From the NCBI GenBank assembly GCA_039802605.1, contig JBDRWW010000002.1:224001-288000 (forward strand): a DNA stretch of 64,000 bases, in the 5' to 3' direction. Shown in pieces: positions 1 to 9,858 of this stretch. The translations under genes and the position numbers were made by a program. The notes below the pieces were generated by a model. That model saw nothing but the letters and a program-made list of their open reading frames with translations. It was not told the origin of the DNA and did not search any database. This stretch comes from a candidate division WOR-3 bacterium (GTDB lineage Bacteria; Hydrothermota; Hydrothermia; LBFQ01). The number at the start of each line of letters is the position of its first letter. The stretch's first letter is position 1.

Positions 1-284
1 AGTTTGACGATGTAGGATGCTTAATAAACTTCTTTTGGGAGAACAACATCGCGGAAAAGGATATTGCGATGTTTTTGGTGGTGGATTACAAAACCGGGGA
101 TTTAATAGATGCCACCAGGGCTTTTTACATACAAAGCGATAAAATACATTCACCCATGGCCTACGATATAGCCGCTTTCAAAAATCCCGAAGATGCCGAA
201 GAATTCTTAAATAAAAACGGTGGGAATTTAATGAACTGGGCCCAAATAAACGACTTAATCAGGAGGCAAAGTAAAGTGAGATGA
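1..284 (+). CDS. nosL: NosL copper chaperone for nitrous-oxide reductase (5' partial, begins before window)
   Basis: Frame open from position 3: FDDVGCL...FLVVDY...IDAT.AFY...IHSPMAYDIAAF, typical NosL motifs; directly upstream of nosD. Confidence 0.85.
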   Translation, partial: FDDVGCLINFFWENNIAEKDIAMFLVVDYKTGDLIDATRAFYIQSDKIHSPMAYDIAAFKNPEDAEEFLNKNGGNLMNWAQINDLIRRQSKVR

Positions 285-1495
285 TATTCCTTTTAACCTT
301 TATACGGATATGTGAGAATTGCAATTTAGAAGATGTTGTATCAAACACCAAACCCTATGATACCGTTGTGGTTAAAAAAGGTGTTTATTTTGTTAAAAAC
401 CTCGTTATTGATAAGCCTTTAACCTTAATAGGGGAAAATTGGCCGATTTTGGATGGAAGAAAGGAGGGTGAGATTCTAATAATTACGGGCGATAGCGTGA
501 TAGTTAAGGGATTTGTTTTTAAAAATACGAGGTTTGGATTCATCAAGGATTTTTCCGCTCTAAGGGTGAAAAACTGCAAGGGCTGTGTGGTTGAGGGGAA
601 TAAGTTTCTAAACAACATGTGGGCTATGTATTGGGAAAATTCGGAAGGGGGTGTTATAAGGAATAACTATATAAACGGGGGTGAGGTGAAAGGTTTAGGT
701 ACATATTCGGGAAACGGTATACACCTTTGGCACTGCAAAAAAATATTAATAGAGAACAACACCGTAACGGGACACAGAGACGGAATATATTTTGAATTCG
801 TTGATAGTTCAACCATTAGGGGCAATATAAGTTTTAAAAACGCGAGATACGGCTTGCATTTTATGTATTCAAACGGGAACGAGTTTTACGATAACGGTTT
901 CTATGAAAACGGTGCGGTTGCGGTTATGTACTCAAAGGGTTTCAAAATATTCCACAATAAATTTGAAAAACATTGGGGAGGTACGGGTTATGGGATATTT
1001 TTAAAGGATGTCTATTACGGGGAAATATTTGAAAACACATTTTACAAAAACACCGTAGGGATGCTATTTGATAACGCAAACGGCATAAAAGTCATAAACA
1101 ATGTGTTTTTAAACAACGGCTACGCGTTAAAAATTTGGGCGAGCTCCGGCAACGACACAATAATGCACAACGACTTTATAGGAAATTCCTTTGTTGTTTC
1201 GGTAAATAACAGGTTTGTGGAAGTTTTATTTGAAAAAAACTACTACGATACGTATGACGGGTATGACATAGATAGGGACGGATTTGGAGATGTGCCGCAT
1301 AGGTTGGTTAGGTTGTTTTCGGTGATAATGGATATAGTTCCGGCAACATCAATACTTTTAAAAAGCCCATTACAGCAGGTTTTGGAAAATATTGAAAAAT
1401 TTTTCCCCACTATAATCCCTTCCCTTGTGGAGGATAAAAGGCCATTTATGGAGGTTATAAACTATGGAAATAATAAAGGTAGAAAATCTAAATAA
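281..1495 (+). CDS. nosD: Nitrous-oxide reductase maturation protein NosD (right-handed beta-helix)
   Basis: GNGIHLW, GHRDGIYFEF, RYGLHFMYS and GYDIDRDGFGDVPH motifs; lies between nosL and an ABC ATPase. Confidence 0.93.
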   Translation: MIFLLTFIRICENCNLEDVVSNTKPYDTVVVKKGVYFVKNLVIDKPLTLIGENWPILDGRKEGEILIITGDSVIVKGFVFKNTRFGFIKDFSALRVKNCKGCVVEGNKFLNNMWAMYWENSEGGVIRNNYINGGEVKGLGTYSGNGIHLWHCKKILIENNTVTGHRDGIYFEFVDSSTIRGNISFKNARYGLHFMYSNGNEFYDNGFYENGAVAVMYSKGFKIFHNKFEKHWGGTGYGIFLKDVYYGEIFENTFYKNTVGMLFDNANGIKVINNVFLNNGYALKIWASSGNDTIMHNDFIGNSFVVSVNNRFVEVLFEKNYYDTYDGYDIDRDGFGDVPHRLVRLFSVIMDIVPATSILLKSPLQQVLENIEKFFPTIIPSLVEDKRPFMEVINYGNNKGRKSK

Positions 1496-2183
1496 GTTTT
1501 ACGGAAAGAAACGGGTTCTAAAAAATATAAACTTGGTTTTCCGAAGGGGTGAAATTAGTGTAATAGTGGGGCCTAACGCTTCGGGAAAAACAACCTTTAT
1601 GAAATGCCTTTTGGGTTTAGTCGTTCCTTCTTCCGGTAAAATACTTTTTTGGGGTGAGAATATCGTAGGCAAAAGCGGGTATAGGAGAAAAATCGGCTAT
1701 ATGCCACAAATACCAAACCTTCCGGAAAACTTAACGCCAAAGGACCTTTTTAACCTATTGGTTGATATATACGGTAAGGATATGGTTGAAAAACCGGAGA
1801 GATATATAGAAATGTTTTCTTTACAAGACTTTTGGAACAGTCCTATAAAAACCCTCTCGGGTGGAACGAGACAAAAGGTAAGCGCAACATTATGCCTGAG
1901 TATAAAGGCGGATGTTTATGTTCTGGACGAACCCACTGCATCCCTTGATCCAAAATCTTCCATAGTATTAAAGGAGGAAATAATTTCTAAAAAGGAAAAA
2001 GGAGCCGCGGTTATACTAACAACACATATAATCCCAACGGTTGAGGATATTTCGGATAACATAACATATATCTTCGAAGGTGAGGTTAAATATAGTGGGG
2101 ATGTCCGCAGGTTGAAGGGAATCACAGGCGAAAAAACGCTTGAAAGGGCGGTTACGAGGTTAAACGATGTTAAAAATATTTAA
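1464..2183 (+). CDS. nosF: ABC transporter ATP-binding protein NosF
   Basis: Walker A GPNASGKT, LSGG signature, Walker B VLDEPT; nos context. Confidence 0.88.
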   Translation: MEIIKVENLNKFYGKKRVLKNINLVFRRGEISVIVGPNASGKTTFMKCLLGLVVPSSGKILFWGENIVGKSGYRRKIGYMPQIPNLPENLTPKDLFNLLVDIYGKDMVEKPERYIEMFSLQDFWNSPIKTLSGGTRQKVSATLCLSIKADVYVLDEPTASLDPKSSIVLKEEIISKKEKGAAVILTTHIIPTVEDISDNITYIFEGEVKYSGDVRRLKGITGEKTLERAVTRLNDVKNI

Positions 2184-2937
2184 ATACGAGGTTTTAAATC
2201 TCATCCAAGGTTTTACAATTTGGGTATATACCCTTTTCGTTTTCCTTTTAACTTTCGGTTTTGCCTTTTTCACAGGAGACCCTTCAAAAACGGTTTCCGC
2301 AGTTTTGAGTCTCGTGGTGTTCCTATTGCCCATAATCGTCATGATTTTAACCATTATGGATTACTATAACAGCAGGGAGTTTATAGAGATGCTCCTATCC
2401 TACCCTGTGAGTAGGGCGAGTGTGTTTTTAGGGAAGTTCTTGACAATGTTTTTTGTTTTGACGGTTTCCTGGACAATTGGTTATCTTTTACCAATTATTG
2501 TAAGGGGATGGACATACGATTATGCCATATGGTTATACATTTCCGGTTTAATCGTTGTTTGGGTGTGTATCCCATTAGCGTTGTTATTTGGCATTTTAAA
2601 CGACGATAAGGTTGCGGGTGTTGGTTTGGTAATAGGGGTGTGGCTTCTTTTCACATTGATATACGATGCCCTAATCCTTATAATATCCCTCTCATTTCGG
2701 AATTATCCGGTTGAAAAGATGATTATACTTTTAACCCTTTTAAACCCTATAGACCTTGCGAGAATATTGGTTGTTAGAACCATGGACATTGCAATACTAA
2801 TGGGTTATACCGGTGCGCTGTTTGAGACATTTTTAAGGGGAAAAGTCGGGATAGTTCTGGCATTTTTGTCAATATCTTTATGGATAGCTATTCCAACAAT
2901 TTTGGCAAAGGTAATTTTCAACAGAAAGGATTGGTAA
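2167..2937 (+). CDS. nosY: ABC transporter permease NosY
   Basis: Multi-TM; YYNSREFIEMLLSYP, LNPIDLARI and MGYTGA motifs typical of Bacteroidetes-type NosY. Confidence 0.88.
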   Translation: MLKIFKYEVLNLIQGFTIWVYTLFVFLLTFGFAFFTGDPSKTVSAVLSLVVFLLPIIVMILTIMDYYNSREFIEMLLSYPVSRASVFLGKFLTMFFVLTVSWTIGYLLPIIVRGWTYDYAIWLYISGLIVVWVCIPLALLFGILNDDKVAGVGLVIGVWLLFTLIYDALILIISLSFRNYPVEKMIILLTLLNPIDLARILVVRTMDIAILMGYTGALFETFLRGKVGIVLAFLSISLWIAIPTILAKVIFNRKDW

Positions 2938-2938
2938 T

Positions 2939-3337
2939 TTATTGGCTTTCCCCTAACAATTGTTTAAATGTCTCAACACAACCCAATCCTTTCCTTTCAA
3001 TTTCCAACCCGAATTTGGTAAGATTTTTATCCCCTATCCCTTTACCGTCTGGATTATGACACTTGGAGCACCCGTTTTCTATAAAAACCTTACGGGCATC
3101 ACCCAAAAGGGCGTGCTTTTTGGCCAATGTTTGTAAGGAGATGCATCCATAACCCTTTTTTAACATCTCCCTTCCGTAATCCGTATAATCGGTAGGAGGT
3201 AAGGTGTGGCAGTTTTTACACCCGTAATTGTTGAAAACCTCTAAGGCATTTTTTGGAACCTCGTGAAATCCGTTATCAGATTTCGTACCCTTTAAAGAAC
3301 ACCCATAAAACAAAAGCACAAAAAATAATAGTTTCAT
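2939..3337 (-). CDS. Small diheme c-type cytochrome lipoprotein
   Basis: Lipobox-like FYGC after MKLLFFVLL; two CxxCH motifs (CKNCH, CSKCH) in an internal duplication. Confidence 0.8.
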   Translation of the reverse strand: MKLLFFVLLFYGCSLKGTKSDNGFHEVPKNALEVFNNYGCKNCHTLPPTDYTDYGREMLKKGYGCISLQTLAKKHALLGDARKVFIENGCSKCHNPDGKGIGDKNLTKFGLEIERKGLGCVETFKQLLGESQ

Positions 3338-3370
3338 AATTGGGGGAGGGGAACCCCCCCACCCCCGATT
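3338..3370 (-). terminator. G/C-rich hairpin between the LVIVD gene and the cytochrome gene
   Basis: aattgggggagggg-aa-cccccccacccccgatt imperfect inverted repeat filling the intergenic gap; no clear U-tract. Confidence 0.4.
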
Positions 3371-5487
3371 TACCTTATCACCACGGTTCCCGTCCTTACA
3401 TTACCGCTTGGTAGTAAAACCTTTACGACAAACACACCCTTTTTATTAAATTCAATTGTGAAATCGTTTGAACCCCTCTTTACAACATATTCCCTCCCAT
3501 AAACCTTCCTTCCCGATGTCTCATAAATCAACACCTTTGCCTTACCCGGATTCAAAGAGGTTAGGTGTAGGTTTATATACCCCTTTCCACCGCTTATACC
3601 CACAAAATCCGGTATGGAAATCTCGTATATACCCGTAAAGTGACCAAAGGATAACACCAAAAATCCGGCTGACAAATCAGCCGTGAATATAATGTTCGAT
3701 GGATTCACATATACGGATTGCGATGACCAAGGGGTATCGTAATATCCGATTTCTGTAATCGTTGGAAGTAGTGACATATCAAGCACCCTTAAACCACCTA
3801 TACCATCGGCGACAAAGATGTAATTACCCCGTACAAACACATCCTTTGCCTCTCCGGGTGTAGTATAGTTTGCCACCTCAAAGGGTGCATAAGGGTTTGA
3901 AATGTTTATAACCCTTATACCGCTTAAACTCCCATCTGCTATGAAAGCATAGGGATACAAAACATATATACCCATGGCATTACCCGGGGTGTCGTAATAC
4001 GATATTTCAACAGGCGATAGGGGATCGGAAATATCCACAATTCTTAACCCCATAGTACCGTCGGCCACAAACATCAAATTCCCCTCTACAAACACCTTAT
4101 GGGCTACTCCCGGAGAATCGTAATATGATACCTCTATGGGATTTGTGGGATCGCTTATGTCTATTATTCTAACACCATAAAGCCCATCCGCCACAAAGGC
4201 GTAATTTCCGGAAACAAAAACCCCTTTCGCGCTTCCGGGGGTATCGTAATAACCCACAAGGCTTAATGATGATGTGTCATATATCATAAGACCACCTGTT
4301 GTGCCGGATGCAACGAATATGTATCCGTTATACGGGAAAACCTCAAGGGCATAGCCACCGGCTCTCTCATTTATCTTATTTATATTGGGTATTGAAATGG
4401 TAAAGGATTTCACACCTTTACTACCCGCAGCCGCAAAAATCTTACCGTTGTATTCCCTAACATCGTAAAAGCATCCCTCTGCGGAAATGAAGCCGTACAA
4501 AGTGGGATTTATGGGATCTGATATATCAAAAATTTCAAGTCCTGCTATATCTTCCGCCACCAACGCATAATTGCCTTTTATGGAAATCTTATAGGCTACG
4601 CCATAAGTGGATACCGAATTTAAAAGGGATAAGGATGAAGGATCCCTAATCTCCAATCCACCCGTCATTCCGGCGAGGTATAGATAACCGTTTTCCTTGG
4701 TATCCGTGTAGTTGTATGTGGTTGAAGCAGTTGAAACCAAAGAAGGTGTAGTTGGATCCGATATATCATAAACCTTAACACCGGATGTCCCCAATGCCAG
4801 ATGTAGGTTATTCCCCGAGACTTCCAGCGCCCTAACATTCCCTATACCCGTTATCTCGCTAACCTTTACGGGTGATGATATGTTGCTTATATCAAATATC
4901 TCAACGCCTATGGTTCCTTCACCGACTATTAGGTATCCGGAATAAACATCCACATCCGTTGCATCCCCCGTTGTAGGTATCATACCTACAAGGATGGGCG
5001 AAGACGGTGTTGAAATATCAAACACCTTTACACCAAATTCGCCATCGGCCAAGAAGAGGTAAATACCGGAAATTTTTAGAGACTTGGCGTATCCGGGTGA
5101 ATCATAATGGTAAATCAAATTGGGCGAAGTTGGTGTGGATATATCGTATATGAGCAATCCCTCCAAGCCATTGGCCACAAAAAGATAATTTCCCAAGATT
5201 TGGAGATCTAACACCACTCCATTGGTTTTGATTTCGGATATTAGTGATAGGGTTGAGAAATCATATATCCGGATTCCTCCACCCACACCCATTACCAAGG
5301 TTGATGAGGATACATCCAGGTCTGCCGTTAGGTTTGCCCCGAATGGATATTTGGCGAGAGATACGATATTTGAGGAATCGAGATTGATTCTGTAAGAGGA
5401 ACCGCAGCAGTCCTTACGGGCACCAAAGGGGCTTAAAACCCCTATGTCCCCACATGCCTCTATAACACCCATTATACCCATTATCAT
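3370..5487 (-). CDS. LVIVD-repeat beta-propeller protein with T9SS-like C-terminal sorting domain
   Basis: Many YDTPGxAxxVxVxGNYAFVADGxxGLRIIDISDP repeats; C-terminus ...IYETSGRKV...KGVFVVKV. Confidence 0.9.
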   Translation of the reverse strand: MIMGIMGVIEACGDIGVLSPFGARKDCCGSSYRINLDSSNIVSLAKYPFGANLTADLDVSSSTLVMGVGGGIRIYDFSTLSLISEIKTNGVVLDLQILGNYLFVANGLEGLLIYDISTPTSPNLIYHYDSPGYAKSLKISGIYLFLADGEFGVKVFDISTPSSPILVGMIPTTGDATDVDVYSGYLIVGEGTIGVEIFDISNISSPVKVSEITGIGNVRALEVSGNNLHLALGTSGVKVYDISDPTTPSLVSTASTTYNYTDTKENGYLYLAGMTGGLEIRDPSSLSLLNSVSTYGVAYKISIKGNYALVAEDIAGLEIFDISDPINPTLYGFISAEGCFYDVREYNGKIFAAAGSKGVKSFTISIPNINKINERAGGYALEVFPYNGYIFVASGTTGGLMIYDTSSLSLVGYYDTPGSAKGVFVSGNYAFVADGLYGVRIIDISDPTNPIEVSYYDSPGVAHKVFVEGNLMFVADGTMGLRIVDISDPLSPVEISYYDTPGNAMGIYVLYPYAFIADGSLSGIRVINISNPYAPFEVANYTTPGEAKDVFVRGNYIFVADGIGGLRVLDMSLLPTITEIGYYDTPWSSQSVYVNPSNIIFTADLSAGFLVLSFGHFTGIYEISIPDFVGISGGKGYINLHLTSLNPGKAKVLIYETSGRKVYGREYVVKRGSNDFTIEFNKKGVFVVKVLLPSGNVRTGTVVIR

Positions 5488-5491
5488 AGCC

Positions 5492-6694
5492 TTACCTCCT
5501 TTTCACAAACCTTATAACCCTTTTTTCACCTCCCCTTTCCAAAAATACTATATAAACCCCCTTGGGGAGGTTTGATAGGTTAATGTTTCCGAAAGACTCA
5601 CCTTTTAGCATTTCCCTACCCGTGGAACTGTACACTTTAAACGAGAATTTACCCCTCCAATCTATCACCCCCCTCTCCTCAACTACAATAGGGTCATCGT
5701 ATGAAAGCGGACCACAATATGTCGCAAACACAACCGTCCTATAAGGGGGCATATGATCCGCCGAAGAGGTTGTACCAGAAGCCGTATGATTGTGCCCATG
5801 CGGTAAATGGCTTGATACGGCGCCACCAGTCCAAACATCGGGACCGTAATATGTTGATGTGGTAAAACTGTATGTATGTGTATGCGTAGATGAACCTCCG
5901 TTTAAGCCCGTTGTGGTATTGGCCATCGGAATCCTACCGTCAAAGTTCGGGTCTATGGAAAAATAAGGACACGAGGGTAATGTATCAAACATAAATATAA
6001 CCACACACGATTCCACCCTCGCAGGCTCGGAAATTGCCTTCCAAAACCTCACAGTCCTATAAGGGGGTATATGGTTTGCCGAGGAAGTTGTACCCGAAAA
6101 AGTATGGGAATGGGGTTGGCTATAAGGGGTGTCGTATGTAGATCCATAATCCGCTATATCGGAAGAGGAAGAAGTATTAGTAGATGTTGTTCCAGAAAAT
6201 GTATGAGTGTGAGATGTGGTTCCACCGGTCAAACCGGGTGTGGTAGTGTTTCCCATAGGAAACCTATCAACCATAGATGATGTTATATCACTCCATTCGG
6301 GTCGCGTGGGAGCGTTATACGATAAAACCACGGCATTTTGTGGTAAATATGTAAAGTCAACTAGGGCTTTTGCAAATATAAAGGTTCTGTAAGGGGGTAT
6401 ATGATTTGCGGAACTCGTAGTTGTTGAATATGTGTGAGTATGGGGATCCATAGGGGTAATAGACCAGGAAGTTCCCCCACAGTTGGGAATAGTGGTACCC
6501 GAGGATGTTGTGCCGCTTATCGTGTGGGTATGGCTTGTGGTTCCACCAAGGGTACCACCGTATGTTGTCGTTCCAAGGGGAAATCTGTCTTGAAAATCCG
6601 TTAATACTTGCCAACCCGCAGGGGGTGGCCCATCAAACATTACAATTGTTCCCGCGGGAACAGGAGCACATTGCGATATGACAACCACCATCAT
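5492..6694 (-). CDS. Secreted protein with three phage tail-collar/fibre-tip-like repeats and a T9SS-like CTD
   Basis: Three ~100-aa repeats with DRFPxG...GGxxSHTHT...HxH...NHIPPYRT; CTD VYSSTGR...NLPKGVYIV; ATG at 6694 chosen from promoter position. Confidence 0.75.
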   Translation of the reverse strand: MMVVVISQCAPVPAGTIVMFDGPPPAGWQVLTDFQDRFPLGTTTYGGTLGGTTSHTHTISGTTSSGTTIPNCGGTSWSITPMDPHTHTYSTTTSSANHIPPYRTFIFAKALVDFTYLPQNAVVLSYNAPTRPEWSDITSSMVDRFPMGNTTTPGLTGGTTSHTHTFSGTTSTNTSSSSDIADYGSTYDTPYSQPHSHTFSGTTSSANHIPPYRTVRFWKAISEPARVESCVVIFMFDTLPSCPYFSIDPNFDGRIPMANTTTGLNGGSSTHTHTYSFTTSTYYGPDVWTGGAVSSHLPHGHNHTASGTTSSADHMPPYRTVVFATYCGPLSYDDPIVVEERGVIDWRGKFSFKVYSSTGREMLKGESFGNINLSNLPKGVYIVFLERGGEKRVIRFVKRR

Positions 6695-6703
6695 AATATG
6701 TAA

Positions 6704-6733
6704 ATTGTACAGCTGAAAATCGTTACCCGTCAA
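6704..6733 (-). promoter_or_regulatory. Sigma70-like promoter for the tail-fibre-like/LVIVD genes
   Basis: TTGACG (6733-6728), 18-nt spacer, TACAAT (6709-6704), 9 nt before ATG 6694. Confidence 0.6.
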
Positions 6734-6829
6734 GCAAGATAATAGAATAAAATAATAATCTTATATTTTTGTATTATTTTGCTAAATACCTGTGGATTTA
6801 TTCGTATTACAACCTTAAAATCTCCGATT

Positions 6830-7372
6830 ATGCGTAGGGTTTTATACTTTACACCTTTTTTAATTCTCCTTTCATGCGCTTCGGTGGAGGATAAGGTTCG
6901 TTCATCATCCGTAGATTACACCATATCACCGATGATGACATTTGATACAATAAAAACCATAGCGGTATTCGCAAAAGAGCAGGTATTATACGACGAAGCG
7001 GTTCTAAACCTTTTGAAGACCGGAAAATTTGATGTAATTGACAGGCAGAAAATTGACGAGATTTTGGAAGAGCAGGAGTTTTCCCATTCGGGATTTGTGG
7101 ATCAGGAAACCGCGGTTAAGGTTGGAAAACTCCTCGGCGCAAACCTCATAGCATTCGTTGAGAAGGTATCCTCCGGTAAAGATTTTGACGCTTATACATC
7201 AAAGGTTAGTGTAAAAATTATAGATGTTCAAACGGGCAGGATTATGTATGTGGCTACGGCATACGGGCAATCTTACGAGGATGGAGATGACGCTTTAAAA
7301 GAGGGTTGTAAAAATGCCTTTTATCCCCTGGTTAAAAAATTCGCAACCAATGGGGAAGGTGATAACCGTTAG
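6830..7372 (+). CDS. CsgG/HfaB-family lipoprotein
   Basis: MRRVLYFTPFLILLSC lipobox; FDVIDRQKIDEILEEQ...AVKVGKLLGA...IIDVQTGRI. Confidence 0.8.
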   Translation: MRRVLYFTPFLILLSCASVEDKVRSSSVDYTISPMMTFDTIKTIAVFAKEQVLYDEAVLNLLKTGKFDVIDRQKIDEILEEQEFSHSGFVDQETAVKVGKLLGANLIAFVEKVSSGKDFDAYTSKVSVKIIDVQTGRIMYVATAYGQSYEDGDDALKEGCKNAFYPLVKKFATNGEGDNR

Positions 7373-8721
7373 AAACTCGTAGGTGAAGAAAAGTTAAAGT
7401 CCTTTATCTTTACGGTTGGTAAAATTGTTCCCCTTGGGAAGTGTGTATCGTACCATGTACTTTCACCTATCAATTCCTCTTCCCTTGAAACATCCAAAAC
7501 ATTATTGAGGGCGTTAAAGAGGCTCTCGTTGAATCTCATATTTTTCATACTACCCACAATTTTTCCGTTTTCCACTACAAATACGCCATCCCTTGTCATC
7601 CCCGTAAATGTTAAACTTTGAACATCAACGAGATTAACATACCAAAACCTCGTGATAATTAAGCCCCTTTCCGTATTACCCACAATCCTCTTGTAATCCA
7701 TATCACCACCCCTGAGGTACATGTTCGTAAATAATGGGTAGTTTGTAAATGGTAATGCGCAGGCGTTTGAATCCACACCCATTTTCCTTGCGGTTATACT
7801 GTCATGGGCGAAGTTCTTAAATACCCCCTTTTCTATTATAGGTGTCAAACCCTTTCTCTTACCCTCAAAATCAAAAGGCATTATAAACCCCCTCGGGTTT
7901 AAGGGGTCATCCAATAGGGTTATCTTTTCCGAAAAGATTTTCTGTCCCAATTTGTCCTTTAAAGGGGATTTACCTTCAACTGCCGATTTTCCGGACAAAG
8001 CCACCCAGTTCATATACGATATCAGCTCCTCAAGGGCCAATGGTTCAAGTATCACCGTCCATTTTCCCGGCTTTGCATCAACGGGATTTAAAATAAACCT
8101 TAACCTCTCCTCCGCCCTTTCCATAACATCATATACTCGCAATTCCTTAAACGATTTTGCGGACTTTTGAACGATATAACTAAAAGTTTCATAAATGGGG
8201 TTGTACTTTATATGGGCATCCGTTAAATAGTTGTATCCTATGAAACCCGATGATGTTAAAAACACATATTCCGTACTTCCGCCAGAAACCACACCAAAGG
8301 CTTCAAAGGGTTTTGGCGTATTCTTTATTAGATCGTGCGCAATACCGAGTATATCCCCTGCGGTTATGTTTGCCGTATCCTCATCAAAATAATCCAAGGA
8401 TGCTTCAACGGAAATGCCTTCTGGTAATTCGGGAAGGTCGGGGTTTTCGGGCGATAGTTTTGCTATGTTTTCGGCTTTTTTTACGGCCTCCACCAAATCC
8501 CTCCTCTCACCCTTAAATGAAAAACTAACAACGGCGCTTTTCTTCCCAAACCTAACCCTTATCATGACCCTTATATCCTCAACATTTGTAGTTTGATGTA
8601 TCCGGGATTTTGCAAACCTTATCAAACTGCTCCTTTCACCGAAAACCATCACCTCAGTACCGTCATTTTCCGCTACCTTTAATACATCTTCACCTATGGA
8701 AAAGAGTTTATCTTTAAGCAT
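7369..8721 (-). CDS. TldD/PmbA-family metalloprotease subunit
   Basis: IRFAKSRIHQ, PFDFEG, TRFWY, TGMTRDG, NMRFNES motifs. Confidence 0.88.
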   Translation of the reverse strand: MLKDKLFSIGEDVLKVAENDGTEVMVFGERSSLIRFAKSRIHQTTNVEDIRVMIRVRFGKKSAVVSFSFKGERRDLVEAVKKAENIAKLSPENPDLPELPEGISVEASLDYFDEDTANITAGDILGIAHDLIKNTPKPFEAFGVVSGGSTEYVFLTSSGFIGYNYLTDAHIKYNPIYETFSYIVQKSAKSFKELRVYDVMERAEERLRFILNPVDAKPGKWTVILEPLALEELISYMNWVALSGKSAVEGKSPLKDKLGQKIFSEKITLLDDPLNPRGFIMPFDFEGKRKGLTPIIEKGVFKNFAHDSITARKMGVDSNACALPFTNYPLFTNMYLRGGDMDYKRIVGNTERGLIITRFWYVNLVDVQSLTFTGMTRDGVFVVENGKIVGSMKNMRFNESLFNALNNVLDVSREEELIGESTWYDTHFPRGTILPTVKIKDFNFSSPTSF

Positions 8722-8742
8722 AGTGGGTATTCTAATGGGGAA

Positions 8743-9810
8743 CTACCAAGGCGATAATACAAAAACCAATGCCACAAATTCCCAAAACTTCCTTGCGGGT
8801 AATTGGCCGTAATTTTTACGGGTCTTTTCCCACGAATATATAAAAATTATTGTAAGTATTAACAAAAAACCTCCCAAAACTAAACCCCCTTCCCAAGATT
8901 GATATCCGTAATAATACCTTAGGGGATTTGTAAAAGGAGAACCGTAAACTATCGCATTGTGAAAAGCGTAAGACATAAGGGAATTCCTTCCCAACATGGC
9001 CAAAAGTGGAAATTTATATCCGACATCTTTGGCGTATTTAAGAATGTATAAAATTATCAAAATAACACCCGTTTTCAACAGTATATATGGTAGGTAAGAT
9101 TCCTCTCTCGGAAAGTGAAAGAAAACATTAAGGAAAACGAAGGATATGGGTATTAATGTGATTAAAAAGAAAACCCTTTTATCCATAAGGTATGCCGAAG
9201 CCATAGCGCTACCAAAGAACATATAACCCCAATATGGGAATATGGGAAAAAGGGAGTATTTAAAGGTAAAATAAGGGGCTATAAACATCGGTAAATTTTC
9301 ACCGTATTTGTTTATTATCGGGCTTAATACCCATACCAAAAAGGCCAAGGTTAAAAACACCATAAGCCTTTTAAAATTGTCCTCTACAAAATAAAGGATC
9401 AATGTAATGGCTATTGCGCCAAGGCCTATACATATTAAAATTTCAACCCTTTGAAATATTTTTAAAGACTGCTCAAAAAATTCGGGGGATTTGCCGAGAA
9501 TATAAAGGTACATGTGTTCAAGGGTTTTTGTAAGGGATTTAAACGGTAACTGCATGGCGTAACCAAAGGCCATGAGTTCAATTCCCCTCCTAAGTCTACT
9601 AAAAAACTTATCCCTTTTAAAAGTGTATAACGCTAAAAATCCCGAGGATACCAGAAATGCAGGGGCAACCAACCCATTGAAAAAAGCTACGGATTGGTAT
9701 AACTCCGTTTTTTTTAAAAAATCGGGAAACAAACCATCAAAAGTATGTGTTGGAACCATCCAAACAACAAATATACCCTTTAACCAATCAATAAATAAAA
9801 GCCTTTCCAA
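8743..9810 (-). CDS. Membrane acyltransferase (DUF1624 / heparan-alpha-glucosaminide N-acetyltransferase-like)
   Basis: N-terminal RLLFIDWLKG...M...H; APAFL..SG; FPIFPYWGY; multi-TM. Confidence 0.7.
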   Translation of the reverse strand: MERLLFIDWLKGIFVVWMVPTHTFDGLFPDFLKKTELYQSVAFFNGLVAPAFLVSSGFLALYTFKRDKFFSRLRRGIELMAFGYAMQLPFKSLTKTLEHMYLYILGKSPEFFEQSLKIFQRVEILICIGLGAIAITLILYFVEDNFKRLMVFLTLAFLVWVLSPIINKYGENLPMFIAPYFTFKYSLFPIFPYWGYMFFGSAMASAYLMDKRVFFLITLIPISFVFLNVFFHFPREESYLPYILLKTGVILIILYILKYAKDVGYKFPLLAMLGRNSLMSYAFHNAIVYGSPFTNPLRYYYGYQSWEGGLVLGGFLLILTIIFIYSWEKTRKNYGQLPARKFWEFVALVFVLSPW

Positions 9811-9835
9811 AATTCTACTTTAAAAATTACAACTT

Positions 9836-9858
9836 AAAACCCCGTTTTACGGGATTTT
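9836..9858 (-). terminator. Intrinsic terminator after the small ORF
   Basis: Minus strand aaaat-cccgt-aaa-acggg-gtttt hairpin with T tract directly after the TAA. Confidence 0.65.

Noticed and set aside
5492..6694. Prophage or contractile injection system
   Set aside because: No capsid, sheath, baseplate, terminase or integrase genes nearby; the protein carries a host-type CTD.
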